Shown here: one piece after another, positions 45,184 through 56,466 of the stretch | Numbering within the stretch: the stretch's first letter is position 1 | How the letters are laid out: the number at the start of each line of letters is the position of its first letter | NCBI RefSeq assembly: GCF_965641715.1 | Contig: NZ_OZ282453.1 | Direction: 5' to 3' (one strand) | Source: Escherichia coli | Lineage (GTDB): Bacteria; Pseudomonadota; Gammaproteobacteria; Enterobacterales; Enterobacteriaceae | Length of the DNA stretch: 64,000 nt | The notes under the pieces: generated by a model | Databases searched by the model: none | What the model was told of the DNA's origin: nothing | Seen by the model: only the letters and a program-made list of their open reading frames with translations | Made by a program: the position numbers and the translations under genes

Positions 45184-45927
45184 ATGAAAAAATGGAAAGT
45201 ACGTAGCGCGTTGGTGGCATTAATCGTGCTGCTGGCCGGTTGTTCCAGTAATGCGCAGTATAATAGCAGTGCATCGGGCAATGTCGGCACCGCCTGGGGT
45301 GGGGATGTGCACTCAACGGTTCAGGGCGTATCTGCTGAGCGAGCCTGGCGCGATCCGGCGGAGATGATCGTTATTAGTTATTCGACTAATGTTCCTTCCG
45401 GCTACGACCGCGTTTATAGCATTCGTATTAACGAACTGGAATATGCTATTCGCGATGGTAATTTTAATTCTCTACCTATTACGCGTGTTTATGATTCATC
45501 CAATAATGAACCACGCTATATTGTCCATGCCAGAGTCGGAATGAATTATCAATTATATGTCCGTAATTACAGTCGTAACACCAACTACGAGATCGTTGCT
45601 ACGGTTGATGGCCTGGATGTGCTGAACGGCAAGCAAGGTTCGCTGAATAACAACGGCTATATTGTGAATGCCGGAGATTCTTTAGCGATTAAAGGATTCC
45701 GCAAAGATAAACATACCGAAGCGGCTTTTCAGTTCGCCAACGTTGCTGATTCCTACGCAGCCAATTCGGCGCAAGGCGATGTGCGTAATACCGGTGTAAT
45801 AGGCTTTGCCGCCTTTGAATTACAAGGCCAGGCGCAAAACGCGCTGCCGCCGTGCTCTGGACAAGCCTTTCCGGCAGATAACAATGGCTATGCGCGCCAC
45901 CGTGTCGGAAATAGCAACCTCGCTTGA
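45184..45927 (+). CDS. lipoprotein of unknown function, 247 aa
   Basis: Signal peptide with lipobox LLAGCSS; AT-rich, Asn/Tyr/Ser-rich central region; RBS gagggaa before the ATG; I do not recall a gene at this position in K-12. Confidence 0.7.
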   Translation: MKKWKVRSALVALIVLLAGCSSNAQYNSSASGNVGTAWGGDVHSTVQGVSAERAWRDPAEMIVISYSTNVPSGYDRVYSIRINELEYAIRDGNFNSLPITRVYDSSNNEPRYIVHARVGMNYQLYVRNYSRNTNYEIVATVDGLDVLNGKQGSLNNNGYIVNAGDSLAIKGFRKDKHTEAAFQFANVADSYAANSAQGDVRNTGVIGFAAFELQGQAQNALPPCSGQAFPADNNGYARHRVGNSNLA

Positions 45928-45979
45928 TGCCTCGCCCATTTAAGGCGATAATTAGCACAAACTTGTGTTTCGCAAATCC

Positions 45980-46024
45980 AACCCTTCCTCGTCGGGCCTA
46001 ACGACGCGGAAGGGTTTTTTTATA
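45980..46024 (+). terminator. strong rho-independent terminator about 25 bp upstream of the speB start
   Basis: Nested hairpin aacccttcc..ggaagggtt followed by ttttttt. Confidence 0.6.
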
Positions 46025-46049
46025 TCGACTTTGTAATAGGAGTCCATCC

Positions 46050-46970
46050 ATGAGCACCTTAGGTCATCAATACGATAACTCACTGGTTTCCAACGCCTTT
46101 GGTTTTTTACGCCTGCCGATGAACTTCCAGCCGTATGACAGCGATGCCGACTGGGTGATCACCGGCGTGCCGTTCGACATGGCCACCTCTGGCCGTGCCG
46201 GTGGTCGTCACGGCCCGGCGGCGATTCGCCAGGTTTCGACTAACCTGGCCTGGGAACACAACCGCTTCCCGTGGAATTTCGACATGCGCGAGCGTCTGAA
46301 CGTGGTGGACTGCGGCGATCTGGTATATGCCTTCGGCGATGCCCGTGAGATGAGCGAAAAACTGCAGGCACACGCCGAGAAGCTGCTGGCTGCCGGTAAG
46401 CGTATGCTCTCCTTCGGTGGTGACCACTTTGTTACGTTGCCGCTGCTGCGTGCACATGCGAAGCATTTCGGCAAAATGGCGCTGGTACACTTTGATGCCC
46501 ACACCGATACCTACGCTAACGGTTGTGAATTTGACCACGGCACCATGTTCTATACCGCGCCGAAAGAAGGTCTGATCGACCCGAATCATTCCGTGCAGAT
46601 TGGTATTCGTACCGAATTCGATAAAGACAACGGCTTTACCGTGCTGGACGCCTGCCAGGTGAACGATCGCAGCGTGGATGACGTTATCGCCCAGGTGAAA
46701 CAGATTGTGGGTGATATGCCGGTTTACCTGACCTTTGATATTGACTGCCTGGATCCTGCTTTTGCACCAGGCACCGGTACCCCGGTAATTGGCGGCCTGA
46801 CCTCCGATCGCGCTATTAAACTGGTACGCGGCCTGAAAGATCTCAACATCGTTGGGATGGACGTAGTGGAAGTGGCTCCGGCATACGATCAGTCGGAAAT
46901 CACTGCTCTGGCAGCGGCAACGCTGGCGCTGGAAATGCTGTATATTCAGGCGGCGAAAAAGGGCGAGTAA
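46050..46970 (+). CDS. speB: agmatinase
   Basis: 306 aa arginase-family protein, [21 protein letters not shown]. Confidence 0.95.
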   Translation: MSTLGHQYDNSLVSNAFGFLRLPMNFQPYDSDADWVITGVPFDMATSGRAGGRHGPAAIRQVSTNLAWEHNRFPWNFDMRERLNVVDCGDLVYAFGDAREMSEKLQAHAEKLLAAGKRMLSFGGDHFVTLPLLRAHAKHFGKMALVHFDAHTDTYANGCEFDHGTMFYTAPKEGLIDPNHSVQIGIRTEFDKDNGFTVLDACQVNDRSVDDVIAQVKQIVGDMPVYLTFDIDCLDPAFAPGTGTPVIGGLTSDRAIKLVRGLKDLNIVGMDVVEVAPAYDQSEITALAAATLALEMLYIQAAKKGE

Positions 46971-46974
46971 GCAC

Positions 46975-47285
<311 letters not shown>

Positions 47286-47288
47286 GCC

Positions 47289-48047
47289 TTACTTAATCCC
47301 GTCCGCGCTCATACGATCGCGAATATGCTGGGCGCGTTCGGCGGATGCCGGATGGTCGTCAAACATTGAGCTTTGGCGACCTTCTTCCAGTTTCGCCAGT
47401 TTTTCAAAGCTGGTGGCAAGACCTGCCGGGCTGATGCCGCGTTGGCGCAGAAGGTCGTAAGAATAATCATCGGCTTCTGCTTCCTGGCGCTGGGAGAATT
47501 GCGAATTGACTAATTTCTCGCCCAGGTCACCGAGTTGTGATTGCGATAAACTGCCGACAATTCCGCCCGCAGAGGCCGCAGCTACTCGTACGGCATTTGT
47601 ACCAAGTGCTACCTGCATCCCTTTCTTCACATGGCCTAACGCTACGTGCCCCATTTCGTGACCGATCACCGCTTCGACTTCGTTATCCGTCATCATATCC
47701 ATCAGCCCGCTATAGACACGGATACAGCCGTTAGCCATTGCAAAGGCGTTCACATCCTTCGCCATATACACTTTGTAATTTACCGGCTGACCGTTGATAT
47801 TGTTGCCTAGCGCATTGGCAATAGTTGTCAGACGTTTAGCGTATTCGCTATTGGCTGGCGCAATCGTCGCCTTGCTGTCCATCTCCTGACATGCCTGATC
47901 GCTCAGGGTTTTCACCTGCGCATCACTCAAACTGTAAGCCTGAAAAGCTTCCGCTCCTGATGAGAGCAGTCCGTTGGAGTCCATATTCTGGCAACCGGTC
48001 AGTACCGTTGCCACGCTCATTGCTACCAATAAGGCGCGAATTTTCAT
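47289..48047 (-). CDS. loiP: M48-family periplasmic metalloprotease lipoprotein LoiP (YggG)
   Basis: 252 aa from MKIRALLVAMSVATVLTGC; HEMGH zinc motif; the 73-aa N-terminal extension in the ORF track is rejected. Confidence 0.9.
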   Translation of the reverse strand: MKIRALLVAMSVATVLTGCQNMDSNGLLSSGAEAFQAYSLSDAQVKTLSDQACQEMDSKATIAPANSEYAKRLTTIANALGNNINGQPVNYKVYMAKDVNAFAMANGCIRVYSGLMDMMTDNEVEAVIGHEMGHVALGHVKKGMQVALGTNAVRVAAASAGGIVGSLSQSQLGDLGEKLVNSQFSQRQEAEADDYSYDLLRQRGISPAGLATSFEKLAKLEEGRQSSMFDDHPASAERAQHIRDRMSADGIK

Positions 48048-48324
48048 GTTTTTTCTTCCGCACAAGGTCAGGATTATTCTAAAAATGCGCCGTTTGCAGG
48101 TGAACCGACGCTCAGTCTCAGTATAAGGAAAAGCGCAGCGGACGGGCGAGTAGATTGCGCAACATGCGAGCATGATCCAGAGATTTCTGAAGCGGCAAAA
48201 GGATGTTCCATGTACATGACGCGCGGCTTGCGGTAAATTGTTGGCAAATTTTCCGGCGTAGCCCAAAACGCGCTGTCGTCAAGTCGTTAAGGGCGTGCCC
48301 TTCATCATCCGATCTGGAGTCAAA

Positions 48325-50316
48325 ATGTCCTCACGTAAAGAGCTTGCCAATGCTATTCGTGCGCTGAGCATGGACGCAGTACAGAAAGCCAAATCCGGTC
48401 ACCCGGGTGCCCCTATGGGTATGGCTGACATTGCCGAAGTCCTGTGGCGTGATTTCCTGAAACACAACCCGCAGAATCCGTCCTGGGCTGACCGTGACCG
48501 CTTCGTGCTGTCCAACGGCCACGGCTCCATGCTGATCTACAGCCTGCTGCACCTCACCGGTTACGATCTGCCGATGGAAGAACTGAAAAACTTCCGTCAG
48601 CTGCACTCTAAAACTCCGGGCCACCCGGAAGTGGGTTACACCGCTGGTGTGGAAACCACCACCGGTCCGCTGGGGCAGGGTATTGCCAACGCAGTAGGTA
48701 TGGCGATTGCAGAAAAAACGCTGGCGGCGCAGTTTAACCGTCCGGGCCACGACATTGTCGACCACTACACCTACGCCTTCATGGGCGACGGCTGCATGAT
48801 GGAAGGCATCTCCCACGAAGTTTGCTCTCTGGCGGGTACGCTGAAGCTGGGTAAACTGATTGCGTTTTACGATGACAACGGTATCTCTATTGATGGTCAC
48901 GTTGAAGGCTGGTTCACCGACGACACCGCAATGCGTTTCGAAGCTTACGGCTGGCACGTTATTCGCGACATCGACGGTCATGACGCAGCATCCATCAAAC
49001 GCGCAGTAGAAGAAGCGCGCGCAGTGACTGACAAACCGTCCCTGCTGATGTGCAAAACCATCATCGGTTTCGGTTCCCCGAACAAAGCCGGTACCCACGA
49101 CTCCCACGGTGCGCCGCTGGGCGACGCTGAAATTGCCCTGACCCGCGAACAGCTGGGCTGGAAATACGCGCCGTTCGAAATCCCGTCTGAAATCTATGCT
49201 CAGTGGGATGCGAAAGAAGCAGGCCAGGCGAAAGAATCTGCATGGAATGAGAAGTTTGCGGCTTACGCGAAAGCTTATCCGCAGGAAGCAGCTGAATTTA
49301 CCCGCCGTATGAAAGGCGAAATGCCGTCTGACTTCGACGCCAAAGCGAAAGAGTTTATCGCTAAACTGCAGGCTAATCCGGCGAAAATCGCCAGCCGTAA
49401 AGCGTCGCAGAATGCTATCGAAGCGTTCGGCCCGCTGTTGCCGGAATTCCTCGGCGGCTCCGCTGACCTGGCACCGTCTAACCTGACCCTGTGGTCTGGT
49501 TCTAAAGCAATCAACGAAGATGCTGCGGGTAACTACATCCACTACGGTGTTCGCGAGTTCGGTATGACCGCGATTGCTAACGGTATCTCTCTGCACGGTG
49601 GCTTCCTGCCGTACACCTCCACCTTCCTGATGTTTGTCGAATACGCACGTAACGCCGTACGTATGGCTGCGCTGATGAAACAGCGTCAGGTGATGGTTTA
49701 CACCCACGACTCCATCGGTCTGGGCGAAGATGGCCCGACTCACCAGCCGGTAGAGCAGGTTGCTTCTCTGCGCGTGACCCCGAACATGTCTACATGGCGT
49801 CCATGTGACCAGGTTGAATCTGCAGTGGCATGGAAATACGGTGTTGAGCGTCAGGACGGCCCGACCGCGCTTATCCTCTCCCGTCAGAACTTGGCGCAGC
49901 AGGAACGTACTGAAGAGCAGTTGGCAAACATCGCGCGCGGTGGTTATGTGCTGAAAGACTGTGCCGGCCAGCCGGAACTGATCTTCATCGCGACCGGTTC
50001 TGAAGTTGAACTGGCTGTCGCTGCATACGAAAAACTGACTGCCGAAGGCGTGAAAGCGCGCGTGGTTTCCATGCCGTCTACAGACGCATTCGACAAGCAG
50101 GACGCGGCTTACCGTGAGTCTGTACTGCCGAAAGCGGTTACTGCACGCGTTGCGGTGGAAGCGGGTATTGCTGACTACTGGTACAAGTATGTTGGCCTGA
50201 ATGGCGCTATCATCGGTATGACCACCTTCGGTGAGTCAGCTCCGGCAGAGTTGCTGTTCGAAGAGTTCGGCTTCACCGTTGACAACGTTGTTGCGAAAGC
50301 AAAAGCGCTGCTGTAA
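48325..50316 (+). CDS. tktA: transketolase 1
   Basis: 663 aa from [22 protein letters not shown]-binding GDGCMMEG motif. Confidence 0.95.
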   Translation: MSSRKELANAIRALSMDAVQKAKSGHPGAPMGMADIAEVLWRDFLKHNPQNPSWADRDRFVLSNGHGSMLIYSLLHLTGYDLPMEELKNFRQLHSKTPGHPEVGYTAGVETTTGPLGQGIANAVGMAIAEKTLAAQFNRPGHDIVDHYTYAFMGDGCMMEGISHEVCSLAGTLKLGKLIAFYDDNGISIDGHVEGWFTDDTAMRFEAYGWHVIRDIDGHDAASIKRAVEEARAVTDKPSLLMCKTIIGFGSPNKAGTHDSHGAPLGDAEIALTREQLGWKYAPFEIPSEIYAQWDAKEAGQAKESAWNEKFAAYAKAYPQEAAEFTRRMKGEMPSDFDAKAKEFIAKLQANPAKIASRKASQNAIEAFGPLLPEFLGGSADLAPSNLTLWSGSKAINEDAAGNYIHYGVREFGMTAIANGISLHGGFLPYTSTFLMFVEYARNAVRMAALMKQRQVMVYTHDSIGLGEDGPTHQPVEQVASLRVTPNMSTWRPCDQVESAVAWKYGVERQDGPTALILSRQNLAQQERTEEQLANIARGGYVLKDCAGQPELIFIATGSEVELAVAAYEKLTAEGVKARVVSMPSTDAFDKQDAAYRESVLPKAVTARVAVEAGIADYWYKYVGLNGAIIGMTTFGESAPAELLFEEFGFTVDNVVAKAKALL

Positions 50317-50336
50317 TCAGTAAGACGTTTTGTGAG

Positions 50337-50358
50337 AAGGGCCGCGAAAGCGGCCCTT
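50337..50358 (+). terminator. stem-loop aagggccgc-gaaa-gcggccctt 3' of tktA
   Basis: Perfect 9-bp stem with GAAA tetraloop; weak T tail. Confidence 0.45.
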
Positions 50359-50364
50359 TAGATT

Positions 50365-50500
<136 letters not shown>

Positions 50501-50510
50501 CATCACTCTC

Positions 50511-50537
50511 AAGGGCCGCGAAAGCGGCCCTTTTTTT
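50511..50537 (+). terminator. second copy of the same stem-loop, here followed by ttttttt
   Basis: Identical 22-nt hairpin plus T-run; overlaps the stop codon of the convergent SPFH gene. Confidence 0.55.
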
Positions 50538-51444
50538 ACTTAGTAGAGATAAACGGAACTGTGCTGCCGGGGATCATGGTATTGGGCAGTTTACCGTCCC
50601 AACGTTCGGCAGTGGTGAGGGCTACAAGTCCGGGATTATCTCGCAGAGCTTCACCGCGCAGGCGGATTGCTTCTGCTTCAGCCGCACTTTTTAAACGAAT
50701 AGTTTCAGCCTCTGCCGCGCCTCTTACGCGAATAGTTTCCGCTTCTGCTTTGGCTGCCGCCAGTTTACTGTCTGCTTCTGCCTGGGCCTGAGTTACCGCT
50801 ATTTGCGCCTGGATTTTCTCTGTTTCCAGATTTTGCTTACGCGTGGCAATGGCGACTTCTGCTTTCATTCGGTCTTCAATCGACTTTTCATAAGCGTCAG
50901 AAAAATCAATATTTTCAATCTGGACCCCGTCAATTACCACTGGCCCAACAACGGCTTTGCGCATGGCATTTTGCAGATCCTGAACCAGTTTTGTACGATC
51001 CTGTACAGCGCTGATGGCGGTATATTGGCCGAAAACGTTCTCCAGTTGAGTTGGCAACTGACGGACAATCAGACGATCTTTTAATGCTTCAATGGTGTTG
51101 TAGGTGGTATAAACCGCGCCTGCTTCTGAAGGTTTAATGTGGAAGCTGACTGATACTGTCATTTGTGCCGGTTGCTGGTCGCGGCTGTAGGCCTGTAATC
51201 CCTGATAGACCACAGCCTGATTACGCGTGGAAATTTTCTCCACGCTTTCCATAAACGGGATCTTAAAACCCAGACCCGGCTCGGCAACTTTTACGATTTT
51301 TCCGTAGCGCAGCAAAATGCCGCGTTCACCTTCATTAACGGTGTAATACGAGAGAAATGGCAGCACAACCACGGCAAGCACGCCAATGGCGATAGCAAGA
51401 GATTTTTGTGGGCGAAATGAGGTTAATGAAACAGGTGCTTTCAT
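50536..51444 (-). CDS. SPFH/band-7 (stomatin/prohibitin-like) membrane protein, 302 aa
   Basis: N-terminal TM segment, band-7 core, C-terminal Ala/Glu-rich coiled region with tandem AEAE-IR-R repeats; I do not recall a gene at this position in K-12. Confidence 0.75.
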   Translation of the reverse strand: MKAPVSLTSFRPQKSLAIAIGVLAVVVLPFLSYYTVNEGERGILLRYGKIVKVAEPGLGFKIPFMESVEKISTRNQAVVYQGLQAYSRDQQPAQMTVSVSFHIKPSEAGAVYTTYNTIEALKDRLIVRQLPTQLENVFGQYTAISAVQDRTKLVQDLQNAMRKAVVGPVVIDGVQIENIDFSDAYEKSIEDRMKAEVAIATRKQNLETEKIQAQIAVTQAQAEADSKLAAAKAEAETIRVRGAAEAETIRLKSAAEAEAIRLRGEALRDNPGLVALTTAERWDGKLPNTMIPGSTVPFISTK

Positions 51445-51821
51445 GACAATCTTCCTTGAGTAAAGTGTGGGAATATGTCACATGAGATGAGGAGAAAACA
51501 GCCGACAGGTGAGAATTCAGAATCTATAAAGGGGTATAGCGAAAAAACATTGTATTAGAAAAGTATGTTTTCGAACATTCAATAAATAAATAGAGATATG
51601 CATCACAAATACAATAACAAACAAAATGTTGATTTTGTGATAAACATAACAAATACAAAGTTGACTTTAAAAATATTAATTTCATATTGTTGTTATTTAA
51701 GGTTTTATTATTTTGGTTTATGGGGTTTTTCTTCTCGCGTACCCAATTGCTTTCATTAAACCGCACGAGTATTTTATTTTTACCGCCGGACGGTACCCTA
51801 AAAATAAAATAAGGATAATTT

Positions 51822-52265
51822 ATGCGGCTTAGTGATTATTTTCCAGAATCATCAATCTCAGTTATACATTCAGCAAAAGATTGGCAGGAAGCTATCGATT
51901 TCTCGATGGTATCATTGCTGGATAAAAACTATATCAGCGAGAATTACATTCAGGCAATTAAAGATTCCACCATCAACAATGGCCCTTATTATATTCTCGC
52001 ACCAGGCGTGGCAATGCCTCATGCGCGACCGGAATGTGGGGCGCTTAAAACCGGGATGTCTTTGACGTTACTTAAACAAGGTGTTTATTTTCCGGGGAAT
52101 GACGAACCGATTAAATTACTCATCGGACTTTCTGCTGCCGATGCCGATTCGCACATTGGCGCTATTCAGGCGTTAAGTGAATTACTGTGCGAAGAAGAAA
52201 TACTCGAACAACTCTTAACAGCATCATCAGAAAAACAATTAGCGGACATTATCAGCCGCGGATAA
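51822..52265 (+). CDS. cmtB: PTS mannitol-type EIIA component (cryptic)
   Basis: 147 aa EIIA(Mtl/Fru)-fold protein. Confidence 0.85.
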   Translation: MRLSDYFPESSISVIHSAKDWQEAIDFSMVSLLDKNYISENYIQAIKDSTINNGPYYILAPGVAMPHARPECGALKTGMSLTLLKQGVYFPGNDEPIKLLIGLSAADADSHIGAIQALSELLCEEEILEQLLTASSEKQLADIISRG

Positions 52266-52292
52266 TTACTCTCTCCTCTACAGGATAATATT

Positions 52293-53681
52293 ATGGAAAA
52301 CAAGTCTGCTCGTGCAAAGGTCCAGGCTTTTGGGGGCTTTTTGACTGCAATGGTCATCCCCAATATTGGTGCTTTTATTGCCTGGGGTTTTATTACTGCG
52401 TTATTTATTCCCACCGGTTGGCTGCCTAACGAACATTTCGCCAAAATTGTCGGCCCGATGATTACCTATTTATTGCCCGTGATGATTGGTTCTACCGGTG
52501 GTCATCTGGTCGGCGGTAAACGCGGCGCGGTCATGGGCGGAATAGGTACTATTGGTGTGATCGTCGGCGCAGAGATCCCGATGTTCCTTGGCTCAATGAT
52601 TATGGGGCCGCTCGGTGGTCTGGTCATAAAATATGTTGATAAGGCACTGGAAAAACGCATACCTGCCGGTTTTGAGATGGTTATCAATAACTTCTCATTA
52701 GGTATCGCGGGGATGCTCCTTTGTCTGCTGGGTTTTGAAGTGATCGGCCCGGCGGTGTTAATTGCCAATACTTTCGTCAAAGAGTGTATTGAGGCGCTGG
52801 TACATGCGGGTTATCTGCCTCTGCTGTCAGTCATCAATGAACCGGCGAAAGTGCTTTTCCTTAATAATGCGATCGATCAGGGCGTCTATTATCCGCTGGG
52901 AATGCAACAGGCTTCGGTTAACGGTAAATCCATCTTCTTTATGGTGGCCTCTAACCCAGGTCCGGGCCTGGGGCTGCTGCTGGCGTTTACCTTGTTTGGT
53001 AAAGGGATGAGTAAACGTTCTGCGCCCGGGGCGATGATTATTCACTTCCTCGGTGGGATCCACGAACTGTATTTCCCATATGTGCTGATGAAGCCGCTGG
53101 CTATTATTGCCATGATTGCGGGCGGTATGTCTGGCACATGGATGTTTAACTTACTGGACGGTGGTCTGGTGGCTGGCCCAAGTCCGGGGTCTATCTTTGC
53201 TTACCTGGCGCTGACGCCGAAAGGTTCGTTCCTGGCGACAATTGCCGGTGTTACGGTAGGTACCCTGGTGTCCTTTGCTATCACTTCGCTGATACTGAAG
53301 ATGGAAAAAACGGTGGAAACGGAGAGCGAAGATGAGTTTGCTAAGTCAGCCAATGCGGTTAAGGCGATGAAACAAGAGGGTGCATTCTCGTTAAGCAGGG
53401 TTAAGCGTATCGCCTTTGTTTGCGATGCGGGGATGGGCTCCAGTGCGATGGGCGCGACCACCTTCCGTAAACGCCTGGAAAAAGCGGGGCTGGCAATTGA
53501 AGTAAAACATTACGCCATAGAAAACGTGCCTGCGGATGCGGATATCGTCGTTACTCATGCCAGTCTGGAAGGGCGCGTGAAACGTGTGACGGATAAACCA
53601 CTGATATTGATTAATAACTATATTGGCGATCCAAAACTCGACACTTTATTTAATCAATTAACCGCCGAACATAAACACTGA
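52293..53681 (+). CDS. cmtA: PTS mannitol-type EIICB component (cryptic)
   Basis: 462 aa polytopic EIIC with C-terminal EIIB domain. Confidence 0.9.
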   Translation: MENKSARAKVQAFGGFLTAMVIPNIGAFIAWGFITALFIPTGWLPNEHFAKIVGPMITYLLPVMIGSTGGHLVGGKRGAVMGGIGTIGVIVGAEIPMFLGSMIMGPLGGLVIKYVDKALEKRIPAGFEMVINNFSLGIAGMLLCLLGFEVIGPAVLIANTFVKECIEALVHAGYLPLLSVINEPAKVLFLNNAIDQGVYYPLGMQQASVNGKSIFFMVASNPGPGLGLLLAFTLFGKGMSKRSAPGAMIIHFLGGIHELYFPYVLMKPLAIIAMIAGGMSGTWMFNLLDGGLVAGPSPGSIFAYLALTPKGSFLATIAGVTVGTLVSFAITSLILKMEKTVETESEDEFAKSANAVKAMKQEGAFSLSRVKRIAFVCDAGMGSSAMGATTFRKRLEKAGLAIEVKHYAIENVPADADIVVTHASLEGRVKRVTDKPLILINNYIGDPKLDTLFNQLTAEHKH

Positions 53682-53695
53682 TTACAGAGGTAAAA

Positions 53696-54973
53696 ATGAA
53701 AACCAAAGTTGCTGCTATTTATGGCAAGCGGGATGTCCGTCTGCGCGAATTTGAACTGCCAGAAATTACCGATAATGAATTACTGGTGAGTGTGATTTCT
53801 GACAGCGTCTGTTTATCCACCTGGAAAGCGGCGTTACTCGGTAGTGAACATAAACGCGTACCCGACGATTTAGAAAATCATCCGGTCATTACCGGGCATG
53901 AATGTGCCGGGGTTATTGTCGAAGTGGGTAAAAATCTCACTGGCAAATATAAAAAAGGCCAGCGTTTTGTATTGCAACCGGCGATGGGGTTACCAAGCGG
54001 ATATTCAGCGGGCTACAGCTACGAATATTTTGGCGGCAATGCCACTTATATGATTATTCCCGAAATCGCCATTAATTTGGGCTGCGTATTACCGTATCAC
54101 GGCTCTTATTTTGCTGCGGCGTCGCTGGCAGAGCCTATGTGCTGCATTATTGGTGCTTATCATGCCAATTATCACACCACGCAATATGTTTATGAGCATC
54201 GCATGGGCGTCAAACCTGGCGGCAATATTGCACTGCTGGCGTGTGCAGGTCCGATGGGCATTGGCGCTATCGATTACGCCATTAACGGCGGCATACAACC
54301 GTCGCGGGTGGTGGTGGTCGATATCGACGACAAACGTCTGGCGCAGGTACAGAAGCTGCTGCCGGTGGAACTGGCGGCCAGTAAAGGCATTGAGCTGGTG
54401 TATGTGAATACCAAAGGGATGAGCGATCCTGTCCAGATGCTGCGGGCGCTGACAGGAGATGCCGGGTTCGATGACATTTTTGTTTATGCGGCGGTGCCTG
54501 CTGTCGTTGAGATGGCTGATGAATTACTGGCGGAAGATGGCTGTCTGAACTTCTTTGCCGGGCCGACGGATAAAAACTTCAAAGTGCCGTTTAATTTCTA
54601 CAACGTTCATTACAACAGCACGCACGTCGTCGGTACATCCGGCGGTTCAACGGACGACATGAAAGAGGCGATTGCCCTTAGCGCCACTAGGCAGTTACAG
54701 CCGTCGTTTATGGTGACCCATATCGGTGGCCTGGATGCGGTGCCAGAAACCGTGCTCAATCTGCCGGATATCCCTGGCGGTAAAAAACTCATTTATAACG
54801 GCGTGACCATGCCGCTCACTGCCATTGCCGATTTTGCCGAAAAAGGCAAAACCGATCCGCTGTTTAAAGAGTTGGCGCGGCTGGTTGAGGAAACGCACGG
54901 CATCTGGAATGAACAGGCCGAGAAATATCTGCTGGCACAATTTGGCGTTGATATCGGGGAGGCCGCGCAATGA
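53696..54973 (+). CDS. yggP: zinc-type alcohol/polyol dehydrogenase-like protein YggP
   Basis: 425 aa MDR-family sequence. Confidence 0.85.
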   Translation: MKTKVAAIYGKRDVRLREFELPEITDNELLVSVISDSVCLSTWKAALLGSEHKRVPDDLENHPVITGHECAGVIVEVGKNLTGKYKKGQRFVLQPAMGLPSGYSAGYSYEYFGGNATYMIIPEIAINLGCVLPYHGSYFAAASLAEPMCCIIGAYHANYHTTQYVYEHRMGVKPGGNIALLACAGPMGIGAIDYAINGGIQPSRVVVVDIDDKRLAQVQKLLPVELAASKGIELVYVNTKGMSDPVQMLRALTGDAGFDDIFVYAAVPAVVEMADELLAEDGCLNFFAGPTDKNFKVPFNFYNVHYNSTHVVGTSGGSTDDMKEAIALSATRQLQPSFMVTHIGGLDAVPETVLNLPDIPGGKKLIYNGVTMPLTAIADFAEKGKTDPLFKELARLVEETHGIWNEQAEKYLLAQFGVDIGEAAQ

Positions 54974-55935
54974 TGTCCCTGGCGTGGCCATTATTTCGCG
55001 TTACGGAACAGGCAGCGTTGGCTGCCTGGCCGCAAACCGGATGTGGCGACAAAAATAAAATTGATGGCCTGGCGGTCACCGCGATGCGCCAGGCATTAAA
55101 CGACGTCGCTTTTCGTGGACGAGTGGTTATCGGCGAAGGAGAAATTGACCATGCGCCGATGCTGTGGATTGGCGAAGAGGTGGGCAAAGGCGATGGGCCA
55201 GAAGTCGATATCGCGGTTGATCCCATTGAAGGCACGCGGATGGTGGCGATGGGGCAGAGCAATGCGCTGGCGGTCATGGCTTTCGCCCCTCGAGATAGCC
55301 TGTTACATGCGCCCGATATGTATATGAAAAAGCTGGTTGTTAATCGACTGGCTGCCGGGGCGATTGATCTGTCTTTGCCTCTGGCGGACAACTTGCGTAA
55401 CGTGGCGCGGGCGTTAGGTAAACCGCTGGACAAGCTGCGCATGGTTACGCTGGATAAACCGCGTCTGAGTGCCGCGATTGAAGAAGCAACACAGCTGGGC
55501 GTGAAGGTTTTTGCCCTGCCGGATGGCGATGTCGCCGCCAGCGTGCTGACCTGCTGGCAGGATAATCCTTACGACGTGATGTACACCATCGGCGGCGCGC
55601 CGGAAGGCGTGATTTCTGCCTGTGCAGTCAAAGCGTTAGGCGGAGATATGCAGGCGGAATTAATCGATTTTTGTCAGGCTAAAGGGGATTACACGGAAAA
55701 TCGGCAGATTGCAGAGCAGGAGCGCAAGCGTTGCAAGGCAATGGGCGTTGAAGTGAACCGTGTGTACTCGCTCGACGAACTGGTGAGGGGGAACGATATC
55801 CTCTTTAGCGCTACGGGCGTCACGGGCGGCGAGCTGGTGAACGGTATCCAACAGACGGCGAATGGGGTGCGGACGCAGACATTACTGATCGGCGGCGCGG
55901 ACCAAACGTGTAATATAATAGACTCCCTGCATTGA
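54970..55935 (+). CDS. yggF: class II fructose-1,6-bisphosphatase (GlpX paralogue)
   Basis: 321 aa GlpX-family protein. Confidence 0.9.
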   Translation: MMSLAWPLFRVTEQAALAAWPQTGCGDKNKIDGLAVTAMRQALNDVAFRGRVVIGEGEIDHAPMLWIGEEVGKGDGPEVDIAVDPIEGTRMVAMGQSNALAVMAFAPRDSLLHAPDMYMKKLVVNRLAAGAIDLSLPLADNLRNVARALGKPLDKLRMVTLDKPRLSAAIEEATQLGVKVFALPDGDVAASVLTCWQDNPYDVMYTIGGAPEGVISACAVKALGGDMQAELIDFCQAKGDYTENRQIAEQERKRCKAMGVEVNRVYSLDELVRGNDILFSATGVTGGELVNGIQQTANGVRTQTLLIGGADQTCNIIDSLH

Positions 55936-55956
55936 TGGTGATCTATCGGAAGACCA

Positions 55957-56466
55957 ATGGCGACGCTGACAGAAGATGATGTGCTTGAGCAACTGGATGC
56001 ACAGGACAATTTATTTTCATTTATGAAAACTGCGCATTCTATTTTGCTCCAGGGAATACGCCAGTTTCTGCCGTCGCTGTTTGTCGATAACGATGAAGAG
56101 ATCGTGGAATATGCAGTGAAGCCGTTACTTGCCCAAAGCGGCCCGCTTGACGATATTGATGTTGCACTGCGTTTGATTTATGCGCTGGGGAAAATGGATA
56201 AATGGCTGTATGCCGATATCACGCACTTTTCCCAGTACTGGCATTACCTGAACGAACAGGATGAAGCGCCCGGATTTGCCGATGACATGACCTGGGATTT
56301 TATCAGCAACGTCAATAGCATAACCCGCAATGCGATGCTCTATGACGCGTTAAAAGCGATGAAGTTCGCTGATTTCGCCGTCTGGTCAGAGGCGCGTTTT
56401 AGCGGGATGGTCAAAACGGCGCTGACGCTGGCAGTAACGACCACCTTAAAGGAATTAACGCCGTGA
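55957..56466 (+). CDS. yggD: MtlR-like regulator YggD
   Basis: 169 aa; position and family. Confidence 0.85.
   Translation: MATLTEDDVLEQLDAQDNLFSFMKTAHSILLQGIRQFLPSLFVDNDEEIVEYAVKPLLAQSGPLDDIDVALRLIYALGKMDKWLYADITHFSQYWHYLNEQDEAPGFADDMTWDFISNVNSITRNAMLYDALKAMKFADFAVWSEARFSGMVKTALTLAVTTTLKELTP

Noticed and set aside
48331..49743. 470-aa minus-strand ORF antisense to tktA; similar long antisense ORFs at 46107-47123 (within speB/REP), 28221-29267 (within ansB), 62947-63921 (within fbaA), 61647-62345 (within pgk) and 1896-2327 (within sslE)
   Set aside because: Each is fully embedded in a strongly supported, recognisable gene on the other strand; the translations are low-complexity, Arg/Val-rich shadow frames typical of high-GC coding DNA read antisense.
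51524..51766. 80-aa ORF in the AT-rich cmtB upstream region; 60-aa ORF at 1288-1470
   Set aside because: Low-complexity Asn/Lys/Leu-rich translations expected from AT-rich non-coding DNA; no RBS.
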